Positions 15,957 to 23,703 of a stretch of DNA of 23,703 nucleotides are shown one piece after another. This stretch comes from Candidatus Hydrogenedentota bacterium (GTDB taxonomy: Bacteria; Hydrogenedentota; Hydrogenedentia; Hydrogenedentales; SLHB01): positions 1 through 23,703 of the forward strand of contig BTVY01000069.1 of the NCBI GenBank assembly GCA_045863335.1, read 5' to 3'. The translations under genes were made by a program, and so were the position numbers. The notes under the pieces are model-generated. The model was not told where the DNA came from. It did not search any database and worked only from the letters and a program-made list of their open reading frames with translations. Within the stretch, counting starts at the first letter, position 1; each line of letters begins with the position of its first letter.

Positions 15957-17276
15957 TTGAAACCGACATCACCAAATCGAAATCGATGGATCGTCCCGGT
16001 GGTCGCCCTGGTGGCGGCCGCCGGGCTGCTTTGGTTTGTCCGCGACTACCGCGCGCAAGTCGCCGCCGACACGCAGGTCGCCCTCGAACGTGGGGAGACC
16101 GTCCTGGAATCGTTGGCGGCCGGGCTGCGGGGCAACACGCGGATGGGACGATACCGGCCGGAATATCTGACGGCGATCTTCGAGGAGTTGACCGATTCCC
16201 AGCGTATCGCGGGCGTGCGGTTGACGGATGACGAGGGCGTCGTGGTCGCAGCGGGAGGACACTCCGAGTTTCCCGAAGCCGCTCCGAATAGCGCGCCCGC
16301 GTGGAGCGGCGATCTGCTCGTCCTCGCGCGGTCCATTGAGTTTGAAGAGCACGGTCCGGGTATGGGCGCGGGGCGCGGGCGTATGCGCGGGGCCATGATC
16401 GATGCGGACAGTGTCGAATGGGGGACGGGGCGTTACACGCTCGCCGTGGCCGTCAATACCGAATGGCTCGCTGAGGCGCGACAGCACGAGCGGCGTCAAC
16501 TGATTGTGGCGTCGGTCGTGTGGGTGGGACTCGTTTGCCCCCTCGTGTTGGCCATGCTCCGGGCGCGGGAACGGCACCGCCGACTCACAACCGACTTGCT
16601 CCTCGCTGAAGCGCGCGCGCAACGGCAGGAAGAGCTGGCGCGCATCGGCGCCGGGCTTGCCCATGAGACGAAGAATCCCCTCGGGATCGTGCGCGGGCTG
16701 GCCCAGTCCATCCACGACACGCCCAACTTGGCGCCGGATACGAAACGCATGGCGCGGGATATCGTCGACGAAGCGGATCGCACCGTCGGCCAGATCAACT
16801 CCTTCCTCGACCTCGCGCGTCCAACGGAGCCACAGCTTGGCGCAGTCGACGTGGATGCGCTGTTCGAAGGGCTGGTGCCGCTGTTGAAAAGCGAAGTTCC
16901 CGGCAATTCCGTCGCGTTCGAGATTGAGCCCGTCGGAGTGTCCGTCTCAGCCGATGAAAACCTGTTGCGCCGCTGTGTGCTGAACCTCGCCATCAACGCC
17001 ATGCGCGCCATCGACGGGGAAGGCACCGTTACGCTTGGCGCGGCGCACCATGGCGACGACGTCGAACTCTACGTGGCCGACACAGGCCGCGGCATCGCGC
17101 CGGACGATTTGCCTCGCGTCACAGAACCATACTTTGGCCGTTTCGAAGGCGGCACTGGATTGGGTCTGGCTATCGTCGATCACATCGTGCGGGCTCACGG
17201 CTGGACGCTGCACATCGACTCGACGCTAGGGATAGGCACGCGCGTGTCCATCCGCGGCCTGCGTGCGGTAGGATAA
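15957..17276 (+). CDS. Membrane sensor histidine kinase (NtrB/ZraS-like)
   Basis: Two TM segments, H-box LAHETKNPL, N-box NLAINA, G1 DTGRGI, G2 GTGLGL. The TTG start is uncertain. Confidence 0.93.
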   Translation: MKPTSPNRNRWIVPVVALVAAAGLLWFVRDYRAQVAADTQVALERGETVLESLAAGLRGNTRMGRYRPEYLTAIFEELTDSQRIAGVRLTDDEGVVVAAGGHSEFPEAAPNSAPAWSGDLLVLARSIEFEEHGPGMGAGRGRMRGAMIDADSVEWGTGRYTLAVAVNTEWLAEARQHERRQLIVASVVWVGLVCPLVLAMLRARERHRRLTTDLLLAEARAQRQEELARIGAGLAHETKNPLGIVRGLAQSIHDTPNLAPDTKRMARDIVDEADRTVGQINSFLDLARPTEPQLGAVDVDALFEGLVPLLKSEVPGNSVAFEIEPVGVSVSADENLLRRCVLNLAINAMRAIDGEGTVTLGAAHHGDDVELYVADTGRGIAPDDLPRVTEPYFGRFEGGTGLGLAIVDHIVRAHGWTLHIDSTLGIGTRVSIRGLRAVG

Positions 17277-17281
17277 GCGCC

Positions 17282-18583
17282 ATGAACCAGCCGTGCATCG
17301 CAGTTGTTGACGACGATCCCGCGCAGCGCCAACTACTGGCCAACGCATTGGAACGCGCGGGCTACGCCGTCCGCATCTGTGCAGACGGAAAGGAAGGTGT
17401 TGCCGCCGCACCGGACTGCGCACTCATGCTCCTCGACGTCCGCATGCCGGGCATGAGCGGCCTCGAAGTCCTCGAACGCGTCAAGCGCGAGTACCCTGAA
17501 GTCGTTGTCATCCTCCTCACCGCGTTTATCGACGTGCGCGACGCGGTCGCCGCCATCAAGAGCGGCGCGCTGGACTACCTCGAGAAGCCGGTGGACCTCG
17601 ATGAACTCATTGCCGCGGTGGATGATGCTTTGGGCGCGGCGGGCCGGGTGGTGGGAAGTGAGGGTCTGCCGGATCTCCCCAACGGAGTCGTGGCCGAAAG
17701 CACCGCCATACAAAACGTTTTCTCGCAGGCGGCACGTGTCGCGCCCGCGGATGCGAGCGTGTTGATCCTGGGCGAGAGCGGGACGGGGAAGCAGGTCGTT
17801 GCGGAGTTCATCCACAGGGGAAGCCCGCGCGCGGGAAAGCCGCTGGTCAACGTGAACTGTGCGGCATTGCCCGAGCATCTCGTGGAGAGCGAGTTGTTCG
17901 GCCATGAAAAGGGTGCGTTCACTAGCGCCGACACACAACGGCGTGGCCGCTTCGAAGAGGCCGACGGCGGCACACTCTTCCTGGACGAGATCGGCGAACT
18001 ACCTCTCGCTTTGCAGCCCAAACTGCTGCACGTACTCGAACGCGGCATTATTCGGCGCGTGGGAGGAAGCGAAGACATCCCGGTCGACGTGCGGATCGTG
18101 GCCGCCACGAACCGCGATCTGGAAGCCGACGTAAAGGCCAACGCGTTTCGCGAAGACCTGTACTTCCGGCTCAATGTGTTTACGCTGACCCTGCCGCCGC
18201 TTCGCGATCGGCGGGACGATATTCTTCCGCTGGCGGAAGGTTTTCTGAAGGACCGCAAGAAGAAGCTGGCGCCGGCCACCGAGCGCGCGCTTATGACCTA
18301 CGACTGGCCCGGCAACGTGCGGGAACTCCGCAACGCGATGGAGCGAGCGTCGCTCATGTCGGCGGGGGCGCTCATCCTGCCGACCGACCTGCCGCCCCAG
18401 GTGCAACAGGCGAAGCCTATCGAGCAACCCGGGTCTGTGCTGGTCGGCGACATGCAGGAGATCCAGCGCCGGGCTATCCTGGAAGCCCTGGAAAAGGCGG
18501 GCGGCAACAAGACCCGCGCCGCCGCGCTACTCAATATCAGCCGCCGCAATTTCATCTACAAGTTGCGCGAGTACGGCATGTAA
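17282..18583 (+). CDS. Sigma54-dependent response regulator (NtrC/ZraR family: REC-AAA+-Fis HTH)
   Basis: VVDDD and LLDVRMP receiver domain; GESGTGK, ESELFGHEKGAFTSA, LFLDEIGE, WPGNVREL; C-terminal GNKTRAAALLNISR. Confidence 0.96.
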   Translation: MNQPCIAVVDDDPAQRQLLANALERAGYAVRICADGKEGVAAAPDCALMLLDVRMPGMSGLEVLERVKREYPEVVVILLTAFIDVRDAVAAIKSGALDYLEKPVDLDELIAAVDDALGAAGRVVGSEGLPDLPNGVVAESTAIQNVFSQAARVAPADASVLILGESGTGKQVVAEFIHRGSPRAGKPLVNVNCAALPEHLVESELFGHEKGAFTSADTQRRGRFEEADGGTLFLDEIGELPLALQPKLLHVLERGIIRRVGGSEDIPVDVRIVAATNRDLEADVKANAFREDLYFRLNVFTLTLPPLRDRRDDILPLAEGFLKDRKKKLAPATERALMTYDWPGNVRELRNAMERASLMSAGALILPTDLPPQVQQAKPIEQPGSVLVGDMQEIQRRAILEALEKAGGNKTRAAALLNISRRNFIYKLREYGM

Positions 18584-18592
18584 TCTCGGCGG

Positions 18593-19678
18593 CTATTGCG
18601 CCACGTCCGTCTTCAGCAGCTTGTACAATCCGGAGTCAAGGCCGATCAGCATTTCGCTGCCGGGCGGGGTGGATTCTTCCATCACTTCCAATGACCGCAT
18701 GAACACGTACAGGTCAGGATTCGCACCGAAGGCTTCGGCAAAGATGCGAATCGCCTGGGCGTCGCCTTCGCCGCGGAGTTTGGCGGCGTCGCGTTCGGCG
18801 TTGGCCAGGATGACCTGCACGCGCCGGTCGGTGGTGCCTTCGATGATATCCGCCTGCTTCTGCCCTTCGCTGCGGTAGGCCTTGGAAATGCGCGAACGCT
18901 CCGCCTGCATGCGGCCGAACACGGCCTCGAAATTCTCCTGCAGCAAGTCCGCGCGCTTGATGCGCACGTCGATGACGCGAATGCCGTACTGGGCCTTGGC
19001 GCGCGCATCCGCCTGCGCGGTCACCGCGTTCATGATCTCCTCCCGGCCCCGGGTGATGCGTTCCTTCATGGGATTGTCCATGACCATGTTTTCCACGTCC
19101 TGCAAGTCCTCTTCCTGGGAGTCCATGGGCCGATCCACGTAATCATTGGTTGTGCGGATGACTTCGGTCAGATTGTTCTTGCCGAGTTCCTCGCGCACGG
19201 CGGAGTAAATCACGTCATCCAGCGCGCCCTTGGCGGCCGTGGTGGTGCGCACGCTGATGCGGAAAAGCAGCGGGTTTTCGATGCGCCAACGCGCGAAGTT
19301 GTCGACCACCAGCGTCTTCTTGTCGGCAAGCACGACCTCTTCCGGGTCGGCGTCGTAGGTCTTGAGCACGTCGGGGAACCGTTCCACGGTATCCGCGAAG
19401 GGCAGTTTGAAGTAGAGGCCCGCGCCCTTGCTGACGTTCAGCGATTCGGTGTCGACATCCGTTTCCGAGCGCGCCGCAGTCTGCAAAATGGCTTTGCGAA
19501 TCGCCGCGAATTCCTCCTCTGGCATGTCGCCTACGATGACGTGGATGGGCTTGGCCAGACGCGTGACCACGGCCTGTTCGCGTTCGTGCACGACGAAGGT
19601 ACATGCATTCAGGACAATGCCGCCCACGATTAACAGAATGGCGAGGATATTCAGAATGGTTCCCAGTGTCTTGAACAT
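18593..19678 (-). CDS. hflC: FtsH protease modulator HflC
   Basis: N-terminal TM, GLYFKLPF, DKKTLVVDNFARWRI, DVRIKRADL, RMQAER...YRSEG; TAATG overlap with hflK. Confidence 0.93.
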   Translation of the reverse strand: MFKTLGTILNILAILLIVGGIVLNACTFVVHEREQAVVTRLAKPIHVIVGDMPEEEFAAIRKAILQTAARSETDVDTESLNVSKGAGLYFKLPFADTVERFPDVLKTYDADPEEVVLADKKTLVVDNFARWRIENPLLFRISVRTTTAAKGALDDVIYSAVREELGKNNLTEVIRTTNDYVDRPMDSQEEDLQDVENMVMDNPMKERITRGREEIMNAVTAQADARAKAQYGIRVIDVRIKRADLLQENFEAVFGRMQAERSRISKAYRSEGQKQADIIEGTTDRRVQVILANAERDAAKLRGEGDAQAIRIFAEAFGANPDLYVFMRSLEVMEESTPPGSEMLIGLDSGLYKLLKTDVAQ

Positions 19679-20733
19679 TACGGGGTACCCCCTTCCTGGT
19701 CAGCCGGAGGGGGCGGCATGAGCACCATTCCGTTCCGTCCCATGGTTTTCAGGTTCACAATACCCGCCGCGTCGTCCACGACGGTAATCTGCAATTTCGG
19801 CAGCAGGTTCGCCATGGTCTCGAGGTATAGTCGAGCCCGGGTGACCTCCGGCGAAAGCCGATACTGTTCAGCAATCGACTCGAAACGCGCGACCGATCCT
19901 TGCGCCTCGGCAATGCGCGCTTCCTTGTAGCCCTCGGCCTGTTGTTTCAGGCGCTCGGCCTCACCCTCGGCCCTTGGGATCTGTTCGCTCTGATAGGCGT
20001 GGGCCTCGTTGATAATCTTCTCCCGTTCCTCGCGCGCACTCGCGACATCCTTGAACGCGCTGGCGACCTGTGCCGGCGGTTGCACGTCCTGCAGATACAC
20101 GTCGTGGATGGTGACGCCCGCGCCGGTCAGATCGGCGAGTTCCTGCATCTTCTGTTTGATCTCATTCGAGATCTGCACCTTTCCGGTTGTGAGCACGTCG
20201 TTGATGGGATGGTCGCCGACGGCCTGGCGCAGCGCCGCTTCCGCGATGGCCTGCAACATGTTGGGTACGTCGCCGGGCTCAAAGTTGAAAACATAGTCCC
20301 GCGAGTTCTTGATACGGTACTGAACCGCCATGGAACAATCGACCACGTTCTCGTCCCCGGTCAACATCTGAGCTTCCTGAAGCAGGCTCCGGTCCGTATC
20401 AAAGCCGCGGTAGCTCGTCTGGCCGCCGTACGGCTCGGAGCGGAATCCGAGTTCGAGGCGCTTGACCTCGCCAATGTCGGCCAGTTCAACGGTCTGGATC
20501 GGCCAAGGCAGCTTGAAATGGAACCCGGGCTCGGTCGTCTTCGTGTATTTGCCGAAAGTCAGTACCAGCCCTTCTTCACCGGGAGCAACCGTGTATGCAG
20601 GCCCGCCGATCACGAACCAGATGGCCAGCACGACAAGCATGACCGGCGCCACGATGAGCCGGGGGCTGAAACTCGGCAGTTTGAACTCGGGTTTGCCCCC
20701 GATGATCTCGGGCGCGAATCGTTTCTTGGTCAT
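19678..20733 (-). CDS. hflK: FtsH protease modulator HflK
   Basis: PGFHFKLPWPI, MLTGDENVV, DVQPPAQVASAFKDV, PEVTRARLYLETM; AGGAAAGG before ATG at 20733. Confidence 0.94.
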   Translation of the reverse strand: MTKKRFAPEIIGGKPEFKLPSFSPRLIVAPVMLVVLAIWFVIGGPAYTVAPGEEGLVLTFGKYTKTTEPGFHFKLPWPIQTVELADIGEVKRLELGFRSEPYGGQTSYRGFDTDRSLLQEAQMLTGDENVVDCSMAVQYRIKNSRDYVFNFEPGDVPNMLQAIAEAALRQAVGDHPINDVLTTGKVQISNEIKQKMQELADLTGAGVTIHDVYLQDVQPPAQVASAFKDVASAREEREKIINEAHAYQSEQIPRAEGEAERLKQQAEGYKEARIAEAQGSVARFESIAEQYRLSPEVTRARLYLETMANLLPKLQITVVDDAAGIVNLKTMGRNGMVLMPPPPADQEGGTP

Positions 20734-20793
20734 GGGGAGATATGCCTTTCCTGAGTCGTCCGGTGCGAGGCAGGGGTACGACGGACTGGCGTC

Positions 20794-20822
20794 AGGATAG
20801 GCGGGTCCGGTGGAGATTTCAA
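20794..20822 (-). promoter_or_regulatory. Putative proximal promoter of hflKC
   Basis: Minus strand: TTGAAA, 17 nt, TATCCT. Confidence 0.55.
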
Positions 20823-20833
20823 TGATTGGCGCC

Positions 20834-20997
20834 AGAAAGGATCCATTCGGCCGTGAATGGGTCCGGCATAAACCCGAATATGCCGCACAACGCCAGGAAC
20901 ACATACCGCCGGCGTCGAATGATTGCGAACGCCGGCGGACCCACCAGGACCAAGTCCGAACCAATTGCCCAGATTCGGACGTGTTTGGAGTCCCAAC
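20834..20997 (-). ncRNA. Candidate structured small RNA or long structured hflKC leader
   Basis: Four consecutive stem-loops lie between an upstream promoter (21004-21032) and a final hairpin followed by UUUCU. No credible ORF. The strand is not certain. Confidence 0.4.
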
Positions 20998-21003
20998 GAC
21001 TCC

Positions 21004-21032
21004 AATTTAGCACTGGATTGCAGTTTCGTCAA
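21004..21032 (-). promoter_or_regulatory. Putative sigma70 promoter upstream of the hairpin array
   Basis: Minus strand: TTGACG, 17 nt, TAAATT with an extended TG. Confidence 0.6.
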
Positions 21033-21045
21033 CGGTCCGCTGCTC

Positions 21046-21091
21046 AAACGAAACCGGGGCGCTCGGTTGCGTCGAACGCAACCGGCGCCCC
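21046..21091 (-). terminator. Intrinsic terminator of ilvD
   Basis: Long GC stem at 21056-21091 followed on the minus strand by GGTTTCGTTT, 22 nt after the ilvD stop. Confidence 0.7.
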
Positions 21092-21113
21092 AGTGGAGAT
21101 TATTACAGGGTGC

Positions 21114-22853
21114 TTATGGAAGCTTCAGGTTCGCGTCCGTGACGGCGCCGTCGGAGGCTGAGTTGACCAGCGTCGCGTACTTGGCGAGCACGCCCTTGGT
21201 GTAGCGCGGTTTGGGCGCCTTCCACTTGGCGAGGCGTTTCTTAATCTCCGCCGCCGGGATGCCAAGATTGATTTGGCGCTTGACGGCGTCGATGGTGATG
21301 GAGTCGCCGTCTTTCACGATGGCCAGCGGCCCGCCGGCCTGCGCTTCCGGCGTGATGTGACCCACGACAAATCCGTGGCTGCCGCCCGAGAAACGTCCGT
21401 CCGTGATGAGCGCCACGTCCTTGCCGAGGCCTTTGCCCATGACGGCCGACGTGGGCGCGAGCATTTCACGCATGCCGGGTCCGCCCTTGGGACCTTCGTA
21501 GCGGATCACAATAACGTCGCCCTTCTTGATCGTGCCGTCGAGGATGCGCTTCAGGGCCTCCTCTTCCGAGCCGAACACGCGGGCCTTGCCGGTAAACTTC
21601 AGCCCTTCCTTGCCGGAAATCTTGGCGACGGCACCCTTGGGGGCCAGGTTGCCGTAGAGCACCACGAGGTGGCCGTCCTTCTTGATGGGGTCCGACAAGG
21701 GCCGTACGACCGTCTGCTTTTTGGGGTAGGGCTTGACGTTCTTGAGGTTCTCCTTGACCGTCTTGCCGGTGACCGTCAGGCAATCGCCATGGAGCAGTCC
21801 GGCGTCGAGGAGCGTCTTCATAAGGGGCGTCAGACCGCCGATGGCCACCAGGTCGGCCATGACGTGGGCGCCGCTCGGTTTCAGGTCAGCCAACACCGGC
21901 GTCTTCTTCCCGATGCGGGTGAAATCGTCGATGTTCAGTTTCACGCCCATGGTGTAGGCCATGGCAAGGAGGTGCAACACCGCGTTGGTCGAACCGCCAA
22001 GCGCCGTCACGACCGCGATGGCGTTCTCAAAAGCCTTGCGGGTCATGATGTCGCTGGGGCGGATACCCTTCTTGATAAGGTTCAACACCGCGGCGCCGGC
22101 ATCGCGGCAGTCGCGGGCCTTTTCCTTCGAGATCGCGGCCTGGGCGGAACTATTCGGCAAGCTCATTCCGAGCGCCTCGATAGCGGACGCCATCGTGTTG
22201 GCCGTGTACATGCCGCCGCAAGAGCCGGCCCCAGGAATGGAACAGGCTTCAATCTGTTTAAGCTCCTTGTCGCCGATGTCGCCGCGCGCGTGTGCGCCCA
22301 CGGCCTCGAACACCGACACGATGTCGACATCCTTGCCCTTATGCTTGCCCGGCATGATGGTGCCGCCGTAAACGAAGACGGAAGGCCGGTTCAGCCGCGC
22401 CATGGCCATGAGACAGCCGGGCATATTCTTGTCGCAACCGCCGATGGCGATGAGACCATCGAACCATTCGCACCCGGCGACCGTTTCAATGGAGTCCGCA
22501 ATCACTTCGCGGGACACCAGCGAATACTTCATTCCTTCCGTGCCCATGGAGATGCCGTCGGAAATGGTGATCGTGCCGAACTCGATGGCTTTGCCGCCCG
22601 AATCGTTCACGCCTTCCGCCGCCATATTGGTGAGCACGTTAATGTGCATGTTGCACGGCGTCACCATGCTCCACGTGGACGCAATGCCGACCTGCGACTT
22701 CTTGAAATCTTTCCGGTCAAATCCCACCGCATGCAGCATCGCCCGGGACGGCGCCCGCTCGACCGTCTCGGTAATCTGGGACGAATACACCCGATGCAAC
22801 GATTTTCCGTTCTTGGCAGTCTTCTTACCGCCCTTAGTAGTCTTGGTTTTCAT
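21114..22853 (-). CDS. ilvD: Dihydroxy-acid dehydratase
   Basis: [64 protein letters not shown]. Confidence 0.98.
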   Translation of the reverse strand: MKTKTTKGGKKTAKNGKSLHRVYSSQITETVERAPSRAMLHAVGFDRKDFKKSQVGIASTWSMVTPCNMHINVLTNMAAEGVNDSGGKAIEFGTITISDGISMGTEGMKYSLVSREVIADSIETVAGCEWFDGLIAIGGCDKNMPGCLMAMARLNRPSVFVYGGTIMPGKHKGKDVDIVSVFEAVGAHARGDIGDKELKQIEACSIPGAGSCGGMYTANTMASAIEALGMSLPNSSAQAAISKEKARDCRDAGAAVLNLIKKGIRPSDIMTRKAFENAIAVVTALGGSTNAVLHLLAMAYTMGVKLNIDDFTRIGKKTPVLADLKPSGAHVMADLVAIGGLTPLMKTLLDAGLLHGDCLTVTGKTVKENLKNVKPYPKKQTVVRPLSDPIKKDGHLVVLYGNLAPKGAVAKISGKEGLKFTGKARVFGSEEEALKRILDGTIKKGDVIVIRYEGPKGGPGMREMLAPTSAVMGKGLGKDVALITDGRFSGGSHGFVVGHITPEAQAGGPLAIVKDGDSITIDAVKRQINLGIPAAEIKKRLAKWKAPKPRYTKGVLAKYATLVNSASDGAVTDANLKLP

Positions 22854-22909
22854 GGCGATGCTCCGCTCGATTCTCGAAGAGATTCCCCTCAAAAGACACG
22901 TAGTCCCAC

Positions 22910-22938
22910 ATTATAGGCTTCTTTCATAGGAAGTCCAA
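22910..22938 (-). promoter_or_regulatory. Sigma70 promoter of ilvD
   Basis: Minus strand: TTGGAC, 17 nt, TATAAT. Confidence 0.65.
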
Positions 22939-22942
22939 CTGT

Positions 22943-23057
22943 TAGAGGCGGGAGACTGGAGGCGGGAGGCTGGAGACGTGTTCCGTCCGATCCGTATCGA
23001 CCAAAGTCGGCGTTACACTTCTTCCTCCAGCCTCCGGTCTCCACCCTCGACCCTTGA
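22943..23057. repeat. Two inverted arrays of five degenerate heptamers around a 45-bp core
   Basis: TAGAGGC GGGAGAC TGGAGGC GGGAGGC TGGAGAC (22943-22977) versus TCCTCCA GCCTCCG GTCTCCA CCCTCGA CCCTTGA (23023-23057). Confidence 0.75.
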
Positions 23058-23082
23058 CAAATTCCTCTTACGGGCATATTGT
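23054..23082 (+). promoter_or_regulatory. Sigma70 promoter of the marR-family gene
   Basis: TTGACA (23054-23059), 17 nt, TATTGT (23077-23082), followed by AT-rich GTTAAG repeats that may be an autoregulatory operator. Confidence 0.6.
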
Positions 23083-23112
23083 TAAGATATATACAGTTAA
23101 GGTATTGACGAC

Positions 23113-23598
23113 ATGACCCTCAAAAACGAACTCGGCCTGCGGGCGGACTTCAAGAACCGCGACCATGAAACCCTATTGAACATCTACTTCACGGCCTCCA
23201 AAGCCAAGAAGCGGGCGGACGAATTCTTTCGCGGCCACGGCATCACCGACGTGCAGTTCAACGTCATGATGTTGCTCAAGAATCAGAGCGGCGAGCGCGG
23301 CGGTCTCACCCAGATCGAATTGAGCGAGATGATGCTGGTTAACCGCGCCAACATCACCACCCTCATCGACCGTATGGAAAAAGCCGGATTTGTCGTCCGG
23401 GTTCCGGATCCCGACGACCGGCGCTACAACATCGTCAAGCTCACCCGCGCGGGAATCGCCCGCCACGCCCAGGTCGCCGCGCGCTACATGGAACAGGTGG
23501 GTGACATCATGGGCGCCCTCATCAAGCAGGAACGGCAAACCCTGGTAGACCTCTTGACCCGGCTCCGCGGCCGGATCGATTCGCTCGATACCCGGTAA
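23113..23598 (+). CDS. MarR-family transcriptional regulator
   Basis: GITDVQFNVM, LTQIELSEMMLVNRANITTLIDRMEKAGFVVR.PDPDDRR...VKLTRAG. Confidence 0.95.
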   Translation: MTLKNELGLRADFKNRDHETLLNIYFTASKAKKRADEFFRGHGITDVQFNVMMLLKNQSGERGGLTQIELSEMMLVNRANITTLIDRMEKAGFVVRVPDPDDRRYNIVKLTRAGIARHAQVAARYMEQVGDIMGALIKQERQTLVDLLTRLRGRIDSLDTR

Positions 23599-23622
23599 GA
23601 AACCCGAAAGGAGGATGAAGTC

Positions 23623-23688
23623 ATGCGTAGGCGATCCCATTGGTTCATATATGGCTCCTCACAAGAATCTGTGCAGAAGACAAGTTGA
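23623..23688 (+). CDS. Possible 21-aa small ORF/leader peptide (MRRRSHWFIYGSSQESVQKTS)
   Basis: Strong SD AAAGGAGG 8 nt upstream of the ATG; no other support. Confidence 0.3.
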   Translation: MRRRSHWFIYGSSQESVQKTS

Positions 23689-23703
23689 GGAGCATGTGCT
23701 AAC

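Noticed and set aside
20734-20964. 77-aa N-terminal extension of HflK
   Set aside because: Not HflK-like; a promoter and SD lie just upstream of 20733.
20834-21000. tRNA, 6S, SRP RNA or c-di-GMP riboswitch
   Set aside because: I could not match their conserved motifs or architecture by eye; an Rfam search is still needed.
21007-21033. Complete CIRCE (HrcA) element
   Set aside because: Only one half-site matches; the second arm does not resemble GAGTGCTAA.
22794-22853. Lys-rich N-terminal tail of IlvD as a targeting signal
   Set aside because: No hydrophobic core or twin-Arg motif; most likely a disordered extension.
21273-22916. 547-aa plus-strand ORF
   Set aside because: Antisense shadow of ilvD with no recognisable motifs.

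Overview
GC-rich bacterial chromosomal window with no integrase, transposase, tRNA, rRNA or CRISPR array that I can see. Left block (+): J-domain-like protein lacking HPD, a helical hypothetical protein, a PHP metallo-phosphoesterase, lepB and an lpxH-like gene. These converge on a membrane-anchored PP2C phosphatase (-), which is divergent from an unusual ~905-aa protein: a degenerate DnaA-type AAA+ domain fused to ~700 aa of coiled coil. Middle block (-): a YtrA-type GntR operon with a perfect palindromic operator, one ABC ATPase and three highly diverged ABC-2-type permease paralogs. Every spacer in this operon is filled with nested palindromic and short tandem repeats, including a ~480-bp composite duplicated in front of two permeases. 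Divergent from it (+): a sigma54 promoter, a small secreted Gly/Lys/Cys-repeat protein and a sensor kinase plus NtrC-family regulator. Right block: hflC-hflK (-), a hairpin-rich intergenic region with its own promoter (candidate sRNA), ilvD (-) and a MarR regulator (+). All calls come from motifs read by eye; no searches were run.
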